Below, one piece after another: positions 1-13,107 of a stretch of 64,000 nucleotides of DNA (positions are counted from its first letter, which is position 1; each line of letters starts with the position of its first letter). The stretch is from Octopus vulgaris (Eukaryota). The stretch spans positions 54,374,001-54,438,000 of the forward strand of contig OX597825.1 in assembly GCA_951406725.2 (NCBI GenBank). The letters run 5' to 3'. The notes below the pieces were generated by a model, which was not told the origin of the DNA, did no database searches, and saw only the letters and a list, made by a program, of their open reading frames with translations. The position numbers and the translations under genes were made by a program.

Positions 1-856
1 AATTTTGGATACTCTTGGATTTGTGGATTACCAAACATCTGTGAACTTCCCTTCATTGATGCCTCCTTCGCTAATGGAATAGATTGTTTTTCTGTTGACT
101 TGTATCATTCTCTCTGGCCATCAAGTGTGGTGTGCTTCACTTTGATATGCCCCGATCTATTAAATGGATCCCCTTTCATCTATACATATTCATACATATA
201 TGCGCTTCTATGTATTTGTATGTGCATGCGTATGTGTTGTTGTATATGTATGCATTTGCTTGGGTATGTATTTGTGTGTGTACGTTTGTGGACATGTGAC
301 AGCATTTATGTGTGCTTTTGTATCTACGGAGACGTGATTGTGTCAGCAATTGTGTGTACACGTATGTGAAATATTTTACATGCGTTTCTGAATGGAGTAA
401 AGTCGGTAGTAGCCGCATGTCAACATATTTTTAGGTGATTGCTTGATATGAGATTGTTTGATATTTATGACCGGTTTAAAGGTGGTCGTTCATAGCTACA
501 AATAGTAGCGATAGAAATGATGGGATATCGGACTAATGATTTGATAGTATCTAACAAAATTACAAATCTATTTGAGTTGGACTTTCTCATGAATTGAAGA
601 ATTTTCGATGTATTATAGAATGTATCATGATGTATTAGTGTGTCCAGGTGGGGAAATATCATTATATATTTCGCTGCTTCGGATTCCCAGACGCGAACCT
701 ACAGTTTGCTTAGGCCTAAACACTATTTGGAGATGATACTAGTGTTATTTTATTCCAACATGGCGGTCTAATGGTGCGACTCAGTCAATATTGTTGACTG
801 TTTTAGTTAAAGCTAGGGTTTTAATTACACCCGTCTAGAGTTGCCTCTCTTCGGTA

Positions 857-890
857 TTAATGACGGCGAGAGCTAGAAACGCGTCAGGGA
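857..890 (+). ncRNA. degenerate PLE-type hammerhead ribozyme relic
   Basis: ttaatga (decayed CUGAUGA)-cggc GAGA gcta (stem II, GNRA loop)-GAAAC-GC-GTC with palindromic ACGCGT stem III; stem I no longer pairs. Confidence 0.4.
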
Positions 891-1881
891 ATCTGACAGA
901 GGGAAGACACGTTGTTTTTACACCCTTTTTCTCTTACCATAAGAAAAGTTTTTCTCCATGGTAGCCGTAGTGAAATAGACTTTAGAACTTGAAATGTCAT
1001 AAACATAATTTAACTAACCTGAAGCTTGCTTAAACCTAAACACATATACATATGTGCGTGTGTGCGCGGCGCGAGTGTTCTAGTGTAATGTAAGTCTGTC
1101 CCCTGTTAGAGGGCTTCTCTAATCTAAATTAATGTGCAATTTATCTGTATCAGGACAACTTAATCTTCGTATGAAAAACATATGTGGATTCCTCTAATGT
1201 ATTTCTGTAGTAATACATCCATTAGTGGACTTCTGCAATGTATCTCAGCGTGTAACACATCGTCATAAGACATCCCATTTGTGTTGCAGAATTAGTAAGA
1301 GGTGTTTAACCTCGAAGAGGAAACATTGTGTTTGAAGAGTATAATGTGTCGTTTGTAGGCTAATTTAATATTAGGCCTCCGGTTGGCTAGTTACCAGTTC
1401 AAACCCCATCACTAACAATAAGTAACTTCAGCAACAATCACATAAAACAAAAACATTCCTGTGAATCTCTTTCAGATAAACCAAGCTAGGTAAATATTGC
1501 CATGGGGAGATGATTCGTGTTCACGTACCTTCGTTCGTTGAGATAATTAATTTCTCTCATTCACAATGAGGACAAAAATATCTTAATAGATCTGGAATAC
1601 ATGATTGTTTAATAATTATTGAATTGTAATAATTGTTATATGAATGTCTTGATGGTTGATTAAAGCATATTCAGAAATATGGCGAACGGAATTCAGAAAA
1701 ATAAGATTTTCAGGTTATGATGTGTGATTAGGTTGTGGTGGTGGTGGTGGTGGTTTCTTCATTGCCGCAAAACGGCACAGCAAGGTCCTCGTATTTGCTG
1801 AATCGCTTATGGGGAATATATGAATATACCCTTATACATACATACATATATATGCGTGTGTGTGTGAATATATATATATAC

Positions 1882-1935
<54 letters not shown>

Positions 1936-2401
1936 GGTTTTTTTCTTTCGGAAGACAAGGAACATATATATATAGAAAGCACGCCATCTAAGTCTGCAGA
2001 TGAATTCCGTTGTCTTATGTAAAATAGTTTCCGTGCATTTATCCCCCGATGGTATTCTGATCTTTTTATAGATATACCCCAAAATTGTTTCTTCATATCT
2101 TCGCAATCTGAAAGAAACGCTCAAAGCTATCAAAAGAATAAAAAAATTGCTTCTTTCTACTTTCGAAAAACATTTTTTTTATTTTTTGCATAATTGCATG
2201 GAAGTGCTCAGGTTGAATCCAAGACGTTAAACATTATATAACTTGGTTTAAGAAAAGAGAAAAATTTAGATAATCGTTCTATAGTTATGATTTACTACAT
2301 AATAAATAGATAATACACAACAATTACAGCAAGACAAAGAACATATCTATATAGAAAGCACGCCAGCTAAGTCTACTGACGAATTCCGTTGTCTTATGCA
2401 A

Positions 2402-2444
<43 letters not shown>

Positions 2445-2463
2445 GATATATATAGATATACAT

Positions 2464-2772
<309 letters not shown>

Positions 2773-3007
2773 TATAGATATATATATATATTAAGAAAAA
2801 CGTCCTCAGAATTTTGGAAAAAATATCTTTTTAACTTCTTCATTATTATTAGCGCTTTCGTTACTTTCTCGAACTTTTCAAATAAGATTTTGCAAATGTG
2901 CAAACACCTTGTTCATTTATATGAAACAGATGTTTTGAGGAGGGCGTTGTTTATAAGAGAACATTGTTTTTGGTTTTTTTTGGTGGGGGTGAGGTTCAAT
3001 GTCAGTA

Positions 3008-3925
3008 ACTCCGAGATATCCGACTTGGCAACGACAGCCTTGTCTCGCGCATTTCCGCTCTAGCGGTCACACTTTACAACACCTGTCTGTGTTTGGATTG
3101 TCTTTGCACAGGGGCCATCGGGACTCACGTCTTCGCCGTGAGCAGAGATTAATCTTCTCCCTTCGCTCCTTTGCGACAAATGGGCTCAACTCTCCTCCCC
3201 TCTTCATCTAACCCTCCTCTCTTCCTCACACACCTACTTCCTCCCACCCACCTCTCCTCTCTTGCTCTGGCACCTACTTCCTCTCTTCACTCCAGCCCAC
3301 CTTCTCCCTTCCACCCTCTCCCTTTATCGTCACCCCTCCCTCGTTACCCCACACCTATATATTCCAACACCACCATCCTTATAGATCCCATCCCTCAGAC
3401 CCCACTCTTGCTTCCCCTCTCTCGCCTCCCCTACACCCCAACACCACCACACCACCACCGCACCACACACCACCACTCCACACACACCCACGCCACACAC
3501 CACCACACCACCACCCACACACCACATCACATCACCCCGCACAAATTAGCACTGACCACTTCCCAGCACCTAAACCATCATCCACACACCTACCTACGCA
3601 CACATCAATGTCACCAGGCCCCATGCACACGCACGCACATACATACGCACGCGGACCCTCGTTTTGAGATCAGCACTACTTTATTATCTCCCCTTCTTCA
3701 TATCTCTCCTGTGTGACCCTTCTGTCCGGCATTCGCCATGATAGATCGTTAGCCACTATACCTTTTTCTGTGTTCACTTCCTGTTTATTTCTGCGTTCCT
3801 TTCTGTCGAAGAGCGTAGGCTAGGAACGTAAAAGGTTTTTTTTTCACTTCCCGAGCGTTAAACTAATACATCTAGTTCTTGTTTACACACCCGTCTTCGT
3901 CCTTTGTTTTTTGTAAATTCTCACT
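3008..3925 (+). mobile_element. 5'-truncated Penelope-like retroelement: GIY-YIG endonuclease C-terminus plus 3' pLTR-like region
   Basis: HFRSSGHTLQHLSVFGLSLHRGHRDSRLRREQRLIFSLRSFATNGLN fits the PLE GIY-YIG end (HF..H...R...E...I..L....GLN); hammerhead-like motif at 3798-3835; segment is absent from the partner arm of the surrounding inverted repeat. Confidence 0.8.
3798..3835 (+). ncRNA. degenerate minimal hammerhead motif in PLE 3' region
   Basis: ccttt-CTGTCGA-agagc gtag gcta-GGAAC-GTA-aaagg: stem I ccttt/aaagg intact, ACGT palindromic stem III, core substitutions. Confidence 0.5.
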
Positions 3926-3941
3926 AGGTAGGTAGATAGGC

Positions 3942-4112
<171 letters not shown>

Positions 4113-5525
4113 CCGACAGACAGCAGATAGACAGACAGACAGATAGACAGATAGATAGATAGATAGATAGACAGATACATACATACATACATACATACAT
4201 ACATACATACATACATGCATAAAGACATACATACATAGATACATAGATAACCGTGCAGATAGACAGATACATAGAGGGAGTGAGAGAAGGGGTATCCCCC
4301 TTCCTATTCACTATTCATTTATTTATTTAGTCCTTTACTAGTTATTTATATCGTCCTTTACTATTGTATTGGAATGGGTTTAAGAGTGGTGACCTCTTAA
4401 AAAAAAAACAGGTGCGGTTTGATCATCAATGAAAGTCACTTTGCATTCTTTCTCTCTTCCCGTTTTTCCTTCTTTTTACCCTCTTTCTCTTTGTCTTTTT
4501 AGAGGTGTAATTAGAATGCAAAATGTACTGTCTCCCCTACCAGACTTCGATTACTCCCCTTTCAACTTCATGACTTTGCATTAGAGTACATTAGTATAAC
4601 ACTTACAAAATGTACTGCCTCCGCTTTTCTTTCAAACATTCAATTTTGGAGAGAATTTCTTCATGAAATGTAGTTTCATTGCTTTTAGGTATTGCGGATT
4701 GTCAAGGGATAAATCGTAAAAGGGAAAATTTTTTAATTTTCCGTCACTGCATATTTCCAGATGCTTACTTAATAGAATCTTGCGTAATTCCACTTGTCTG
4801 TACATAACACCTAACACTCTATACACACAACACACACACACATACATATATATACTTGTATTATATGTGTGTGTGCGTGCGTGTGTGTGTGTCAGTGTGT
4901 ACTTTTACACCAGTCATATATATCAAAATTGATTATCTGGTATGGGTGATAGTCCATTTTGCATTCTAAATATAACTCAAAGAAGAGAAAAAGAAAGAAA
5001 GAGGGAAAAAAGAAGGTAAAAGGGGAAGAGAGAAAGAATGCAAAATCACTTTCAGTGATGACCAAACTGCGCCTGTCTTCTTTTTTTTAGAGGATACAAT
5101 CCTTAAACCTATTCCAATACAATGGTAAAGGACTAAACAAACAAATAAATTAATTAATTAATACATAAATAAATAAATAAATGGTTAATAGGAATGGGAT
5201 ACTCCTTCTTTCTCTCTATCTACCTATCTGTCTATCTGTCTAACTGTCTATCTATCAGCTTATCTACCTACCTATATTTCTATCTAGCCATCTCTATTGT
5301 CAAGGAACCTCACCGCCCAAAAACATAAACAATGTTGTCTTATAAACAAAGCCCCGCAAAACACATCTGTTTTATGTAAGTGAACAAGCTGTTTGTATAT
5401 TCACAAAATTATATTTGATAAAGGATCGAAAAGGACTCTATAAAGGGTCGAGAGCGCCAATAATAATGAAGAAATAAAAAGACTTTTCTTCTCGATATTC
5501 AATTTATGTATATCATACCTAACAC

Positions 5526-5594
<69 letters not shown>

Positions 5595-6134
5595 ACATGT
5601 ATGTGTGTGCGTGCGTGTGTGTCATATATATCAAACAATCTTATACCAGACAGTCACCTGAAAATATATTCAAATATGGCTGATATCCACTTCATTTCAT
5701 TCAGAAATGCATATAAAACAACTCACAATTGTGTACGCACAACTGCAGACAATATCCCTTGTCTGTACATACCAAAACAGACTTGCACGCATATATAAAC
5801 ACTATCACATATCCACGGACGTACTCATGCACAAACATGTAAGCAAAAAAATGCTTACATGTATAATAACACAAAAAAGTACACATACACATTCATATGC
5901 GTACATATATATGCATAAAGGTTTATGTATGTATGTATGTATATATGTATACGCGGTTATAAGGGTAATTGATTCTTGTTTCTAGCAATGTAGGTGCTAT
6001 CCTGCACCTACAGTCCACTATTAGTGACAAATGAAATTTTCCTTTTCGGTATTATATTGCGTGTAGCCGCCTTCATTATTTTGTAACTTCCAAATTACCA
6101 TTTGACTGAATCAGCCTTTGATTCATATAGGAAA

Positions 6135-6647
6135 TCTATATATATAAAACTGTAGTTGTGTGAGTGTCTGTCCCCTTCGATTTAGATTCCTAACTACTCC
6201 CACATTTTGCGGTGCAGTTTAACCAAATTCGGGTATCTTATAGTCGTGATTAATATCGAGCCTGTCTGGCTACTAGCGCGCGTCTACGATGAGTCTACGA
6301 TTTTAAAAATTATTTAACATCATTTTTTATTCCATTTTAATGCATAATTTTTCGTGTGTCGATGGCGGCGGAGTTGGCGTCCATGGTCACACCTGCACCT
6401 GTTTGCTTCTCCCCCTTCTATCCTCCCTCGTGAAGCTGTGGGGAAGGGAGTGTAAGGAAATCAACGTCGTAAAGCGTTGTCAAGGAGACCAGCGTTCTTT
6501 TAGAACAACGACTTCATGGCTTGAAGACACCAAAACAGAAATGGCTAAGAAAGCCCGAATTGGCATCTATAAGGGAAGTAACTCTCTAAAAATGCTTATA
6601 TAGTTATTTCCCTTACAAACCCGAACAACGCCGGGTGATACTGCTAG
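6135..6647 (+). mobile_element. non-autonomous Helitron (~513 bp)
   Basis: 5' TCTATATATATAAAA, 3' CTAG, subterminal hairpin cccg-aacaacgc-cggg (6620-6635), inserted between A and T, no TSD. Confidence 0.85.
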
Positions 6648-6886
6648 TATTACATACGAACAGATGAGATTTAGCTTAACCTTAAGCAAAACTAGCGAGC
6701 TAGTATGGTTACCATGCTCGGTGTATCTTTATAAACCCTATCAACAATTGCGGGTATAAAGGTCTTTGACACTTGTTTCTAGCTATATGAGGTGCTACCC
6801 CGCACAGTCAGTCACTATTAGAATTAACCGAAATTTTCCTATTCGGTTGTATATTGCGTCAAGTCACCTTCATTACTTTTATATAC

Positions 6887-6926
<40 letters not shown>

Positions 6927-7241
6927 TTATACACACACACACAAACACGCATGGGGTTTGTACAGGTAGCCAGCTAGCTAGATAGATAGATAGATTGATT
7001 GATTGATAGATGAACGGATAACTTGTTGATAATTTTAGAACAGTAAGGTCATATAATAAACTGGTTTAAGAATTGAACGGATAATAAAACGGTGGGTAGA
7101 TTAGGTATATCAAGTTTGAATCGTATCAGAAGTAAATTAGAAAAATAGAAAATTCGACAGAAAGTAACACAAAGTTAAAGATATTTTTGACAAATCTTGC
7201 AGGCTTTTCTGCTTTGAGCTTTTGCGCTATTATCATTATCT

Positions 7242-7273
<32 letters not shown>

Positions 7274-7412
7274 GATTATTATTATTACTATTATTATTAT
7301 TATATTTTTTTAAATATAAAAAAGTCATTTTCTCTACTTCAGCAGGGTGTGAGATTATGGAATAAATAAATATATATATATATATATGTACATACATACT
7401 TATATATATATG

Positions 7413-7463
<51 letters not shown>

Positions 7464-7547
7464 ATACATATATATACATATATATATATATATACATTAT
7501 ATATATATAGATATGTATGTATATATGTATGTATGTATATATGTATG

Positions 7548-7578
<31 letters not shown>

Positions 7579-7619
7579 ATATGTATGTATGTATGAAAGT
7601 ATGTATGTACGTATGCATG

Positions 7620-7672
<53 letters not shown>

Positions 7673-7906
7673 GTGTGTAGTCTATTAAATCAAAAAAAAA
7701 GTCGCAATAAATTGGTGTTTCTTGAAATATTTTTCAGACATTGAGCCAAGAAATGTCTGATATAATTGCCAGCAACCATGATACATACACTGGAGAATAG
7801 ATGAAAAAGACAAGAAAAAACGTCCAAACAAAAACACCGAAGGAAATATAACAACAACAACAACAATAATAATAATAATAACTAGTTTTATATATATATG
7901 TATATA

Positions 7907-7959
<53 letters not shown>

Positions 7960-8607
7960 CACAATGAAAAATACAAAACTACTAAAGAAAATGAAAAAAA
8001 GAAATGATAAGAGAAAACACAACAAAACAAAGAAAACGATTGATTTTTTTCGGTGGGAATAGTAAATAATTAAAGTTGTCTACACAACATTTTAAGCAAA
8101 GATTTAATCAATAATCAAATCCTATCTGGCATCAGAATATTTCGGTAATTACATAAAATGGCTATTAGTGCGACTTAGAGAAAGCAATCTTCATATAGAT
8201 TTACTCCAATACAAGTATTTCTTCAGTAAAAGAGTCAATTTTCTAAAGAGGCCAACACATTCTCGCTTTCTATCTTTCCTTTTTTTCACTACACATTTTT
8301 CTTATCTTTTTATATTTTTGGAATATTTTTATATTTTATTCTTATTTTAATTTTTAGCTGATTCTATAAAGATACGAACTTTCGCTGGTTACGTATTTTT
8401 GTTTGATTCAGAAGTTACTTAATCGGTTTAATAATTGTGATGGATAATAAAGATAACTACGTATTAATAGTTACGTAACATAACTTAATCTACACCAGAT
8501 TTCAATTGACAAGCAACATATGAAGTGAATTGCGTACATATTGTAATTCTTTTTCAGTTTCTTTGAGACAAAACAAGGTTAAAAGAAGATGGACGTTTAG
8601 TATATTA

Positions 8608-9020
8608 GGCACAAGCGTGGGTGTGTGGTAAAGAATTTGTTTCCAACTACTTTATTCAAAGTTCAGTCCCATTGCTTGGCATATTTGGCAAGTCCCTTCT
8701 ATTAATGCCACAGACAAATGAAAGCTTTGAGGGTGGATCTGGTTGGTGAAAACTCGTATATATATAGACATATGTATATATACATGTGTGTATCTTTTCC
8801 CTCCACCATTGCTTGTCGATTGGCCTTGATTTATTTACATCCCCATAAACGTAAGCAAGCGTAAGCAAACGTAAGCAAACGTAAGCAAGCTGAACGATAG
8901 AATAAGTGCCAGGCTTAGATAAAATATAGAAAGCATAGTGATAATTTGTTCGGCGAAAACCTTCACGGTGGTGAACCAGCTTAGTCGCAGTCTAATGATT
9001 AAAACAATTAGACAAAAAAT
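8608..9020 (+). mobile_element. SINE family A, diverged copy with internal 10-bp tandem expansion
   Basis: collinear with 35285-35699; (aaacgtaagc)x4 at ~8847-8890. Confidence 0.8.
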
Positions 9021-9519
9021 AAATGTGAAATGATTAAAGGACTTTTGTCTTTATTTGTCATGTGAGCAACACTGATCTGGGAATTATAAACGGTATAAAT
9101 TAGTTCATAGAAGGGCGACAAATAGCAAAGAGTGGTGTACTTACACTTCATCGTTCATAGAAAGCTCTTTCATTACGAAGATTAACAAAGTCAAAAGACC
9201 TCGATGACAGAAAGGTGTTAGCCCGAGCTTTTAGTTCTCATACGATATCTTTATACAAGAAAAGCTGAAAGAAAGATAGAAAGTAGTTTATTGTGACGAA
9301 TGAGACTTTGAAAGATTGCTAAACAATAAGACTTAAGCAAGATAGAGTTAGGCGTGAAAGAGAGAGTAGACAATTAGCAATCTGGGACATGCGGATGTTG
9401 TAATCCACTTGGCAAGAAGTGAAGAGTGTTTGTGCGCAATGCCGGGAAAATGTAAAAGAACGCACACAAATATACCTGTGTGCATATATTTGTGTATAAA
9501 TTTCTGTGTGTGTATGCAT

Positions 9520-9842
9520 GTGAAAGCACGTGACGTAGTGATTAAGGTACTAGGTTCACGCTCGTAATGTCATGAGCTCAATTGCCGGTGGGGCGTTGCG
9601 TCTAAGAGCAAGACATTTTATTTCATGTCGTTCCAATCAAATCAGCTGGTATAGATGAGGTGTACTGGTATTTCAAACCCCGGCCTTGTCACAATCTGAG
9701 TCACGAGGAATTTCCCTGAGAACTACGTTAGGGGTACGCGTATCTGTGTCGTGCTCAGTCACTAATACATTAATTTCAAGACAGGGTTGTTCCGTTGATT
9801 GGATCAACTGGAACCATCGTCATCGTAACCGACGGAGTTCCA
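9520..9842 (+). mobile_element. tRNA-headed SINE family B
   Basis: A/B-box-like head; collinear with 15941-16238 (gagaactacgtta..., tgttccgttgat...). Confidence 0.8.
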
Positions 9843-10344
9843 GTACATGCACACACATATATATTCATTTAAGTATATCTGTATGTGGGTCTATGTAAGT
9901 TTAAATATAGATGTATATAAACATATGCTTTTTTGTGTGTATATATACACACATACATACATACATACGTACATACATACATACATACATACATACATAC
10001 ATACACATATATATATATACATGCATATGCATACATACGTTCGTACGTACGTGCATATGTACATATCTATGTGTGGAGTGTGTTATTAGGGTTCCACGTA
10101 TTGCAAAATCTACGACTTAGATATGTATTTGAGTCTTTACAAATCTGTGACGTTGAAATATTCTATATTTGTAGAAACTGCGATGTTGCCAATGAAATAA
10201 AGAACAACAGGCGTTACCATACAAACTGAAAACCAAATATAAATGACAGAACCTTTGTATAAAACGGATTCATATTGTTTGTATTTATGTCTTAATTTAT
10301 ATTGTCATATAGCCAAAATATATGATATGAGTATATACTATTGA

Positions 10345-10505
10345 TCGGATATCAGCACATATGTTGTAACTATTTCATCGATCTCAGAGGGCTGAAATGT
10401 AAAGTCACTCTCAGGGGAATTTCTAGTCAGAACGTAAAGAGATTTAACTCAATTCTGAAAGACAGAATGTCTGGCACTCTAAAATGTCTGCCAATCTGCT
10501 GCGTA
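10345..10505 (-). mobile_element. SINE family D, highly decayed
   Basis: reverse complement resembles the 48719 copy (cagaacgtaaag, ctgccaatctgc). Confidence 0.45.
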
Positions 10506-10961
10506 ATGGAAATATCCGTCTTGTATTGCTGTCAATTATCAGAGTGAGGCCAGGCTACAGCATTGCATTCAAAATTACTTTGTCGATTACATCGTCCTCC
10601 CATATGTTATTAGTAATTATTGGAATATGAGTTCTGAGCCGGAGAGAAAAATCAGTAGAGAATTAGTGGTATGTGATATTTCGTTTGAATGTGAGACCTA
10701 GATAAATGTATAACAGTCGAGTTTAAAGCACCACCTGGCGGCTAATTGTACTTCTTGATAACACAGTAATTTCTGTTTTGATTGCGTGAAATATGAAGTT
10801 AATACTATTGTGATTATATCTGAATATTGTCTGTTTTGCTTTACTTTTTTGTTATTATCACTCACTTTTCAGTATATATTCTATGTATGTGTGTGTTTAA
10901 AATGCCTAGTATATGTGAATATATTTATGTAACTATGTATATATATATTATATATGCATGC

Positions 10962-11040
<79 letters not shown>

Positions 11041-11248
11041 AGTAACATAATGCCAGAGCGCGTTCCCTGATGATCTGTTGTCACTCAGCTTACATTCGTT
11101 GTTGGAGAATACTACGCAGAGTTTGAAAATCACAATAATGATGAAAAGTGTGTGTGTTCATGACTAAAACATAAATTCATACATACTTATAAATGTATAT
11201 GTGTGTATGTTTACATGTCTGTAGGCTGAGATTAGGCTAACGTACACG

Positions 11249-11307
<59 letters not shown>

Positions 11308-11457
11308 TTTGGGTATGGTAGATGAGTTCAGCAAAAATCTAGATTCAGATGAATATGGTACTTAAGTTGAGGCACCAGAATTTAGTACGGTATTATCTAT
11401 ACAATTTCAAAGTAAGGTAATTAAAATCAAAACAAGCAACAAGAATATCCAGAGGTA

Positions 11458-11546
11458 ATGCAGTACAATCGTTTCATGCAACTCCATTTAATTGAACAAT
11501 GCAATCATTACATCAATTTAAAATGCAGAGCAATCTTCAGCATCAC
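11458..11546 (-). ncRNA. type-I hammerhead ribozyme, minus-strand copy (stem I damaged)
   Basis: on minus strand gtgatg-CTGAAGA-long stem II-GAAAC-gatt-GTA-ctgcat. Confidence 0.6.
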
Positions 11547-11615
11547 AAAGATATAGAATTTAATTAAATTAGAACAGTGTCCATCTGTTCTAATTTAATT
11601 AAATTATATGTCTTT

Positions 11616-11704
11616 GTGCAGCTGAAGATTGCTCTGGACTTTAAATTGATGTAATGATTGCGTTGTTCAATTAAATGGAGTTGCATGAAACGATCGTATT
11701 GCAT
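11616..11704 (+). ncRNA. type-I hammerhead ribozyme, near-intact
   Basis: gtgcag (stem I)-CTGAAGA (11622-11628)-long stem II (tttaaattga/tcaattaaa)-GAAA (11687-11690)-C gatc G (palindromic stem III)-TA cleavage site-ttgcat (6-bp stem I with two G.U pairs). Confidence 0.75.
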
Positions 11705-12458
11705 TACGTGGGGATATCCTTGTTGCATATATATATAAGTCGTGTTAAGTAGCCTAATCTCAGCCTACACGCATGTACACATACTCACATATTCATTTAT
11801 AAGTATGCATGAATTTATATGTTATATCCATGAACACACCCACATCACTTTTGACCGTTTTTGTTATTTTTAAATTCAACATTGTATACACACGCACACA
11901 CACACACACACATATATATATACACACACATATAACCGAGAGAGACAGAGATTTAAGGAGAGAGAGATTTAAGGTAAACTTATTGGCTGTGATTTTATAA
12001 CAAGTGCAGACACAAGGTAGAATAATGCAAAATGTTAACCACAATAGATATTCCAGCTAGTGGTGGTAATAGCGCATGTGTACAAATGACTTCTAAGCTG
12101 CACCTTCCATCTTCATTTAATCTATCACTGTAAATTTTGTATAAATATGTAAACAACCCCTAATGAAACTGTAAAAATGTACTGACAGTTACCAGATTAA
12201 CCTCCTCACTGGTCATGGAGAAAAGAAATGTAGTTGGTTCAATCAAAACAATCTTTTTTTCCTGTGTGTTTAAAACTGTATGTTTTTCTTTTTCTACCAC
12301 TGTTTTCCTTCACACATGCGCGTATACGGGTACTCACACACACCCGAGCGTACATACATTATAAATGTGTATATAGGTATAGTAAGATAGGTAGATATAC
12401 AAAGACAAAATAGAAAGACAGACAGATATATAGATAGACAGATAAACAGACAGAATGG

Positions 12459-12528
<70 letters not shown>

Positions 12529-13074
12529 TAGGAACCAATGTATGATCCATTTCACGTTCACGACCCCATGTCCCTCAAATCATGAGCCACATAAATTAAA
12601 TAAGAAAGCGCATATTGATAATATAAAACACAAGAGAATAGAGGTTTGACCGTGAGTGCGCTTCAACTGGTTATACTTCTGACTTGTATTTGTTTTAGCA
12701 ACAACAACAACAACAACAACAAAGAAAATAGCTCTGTCGAAAATACCAGGATGCTTCTCTTACTATCTTACCATTTTCTGCCTGTGGGCTGTTTGATGGA
12801 CTCTTCTATTTGAGAATACAATATTTTAGACAGAGACAAAATGAAATGTAGCTGAGAAGATATGAATTGTCTATATCTCACTTAATTGCATGTTCCGAAA
12901 CCATCTGTTGTTATTAGGGCTTGAATATACACCACAGTGTATGTAATGTTTATATATATATATAGATATATATATATATATACATACATATGTGCATATA
13001 TATATATATATATGTATGTATATATATATATATAGATATATACATATATACATACATATATATACATACATACA

Positions 13075-13107
<33 letters not shown>

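Larger units (their letters stand above)
11306..11726. mobile_element. Penelope-like/retrozyme-like non-coding element forming a palindrome (142-bp arms, 7-nt loop)
   Basis: arms 11436-11577 and 11585-11726, about 13 mismatches; each arm carries a hammerhead; flanked by (TA)n. Confidence 0.75.
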
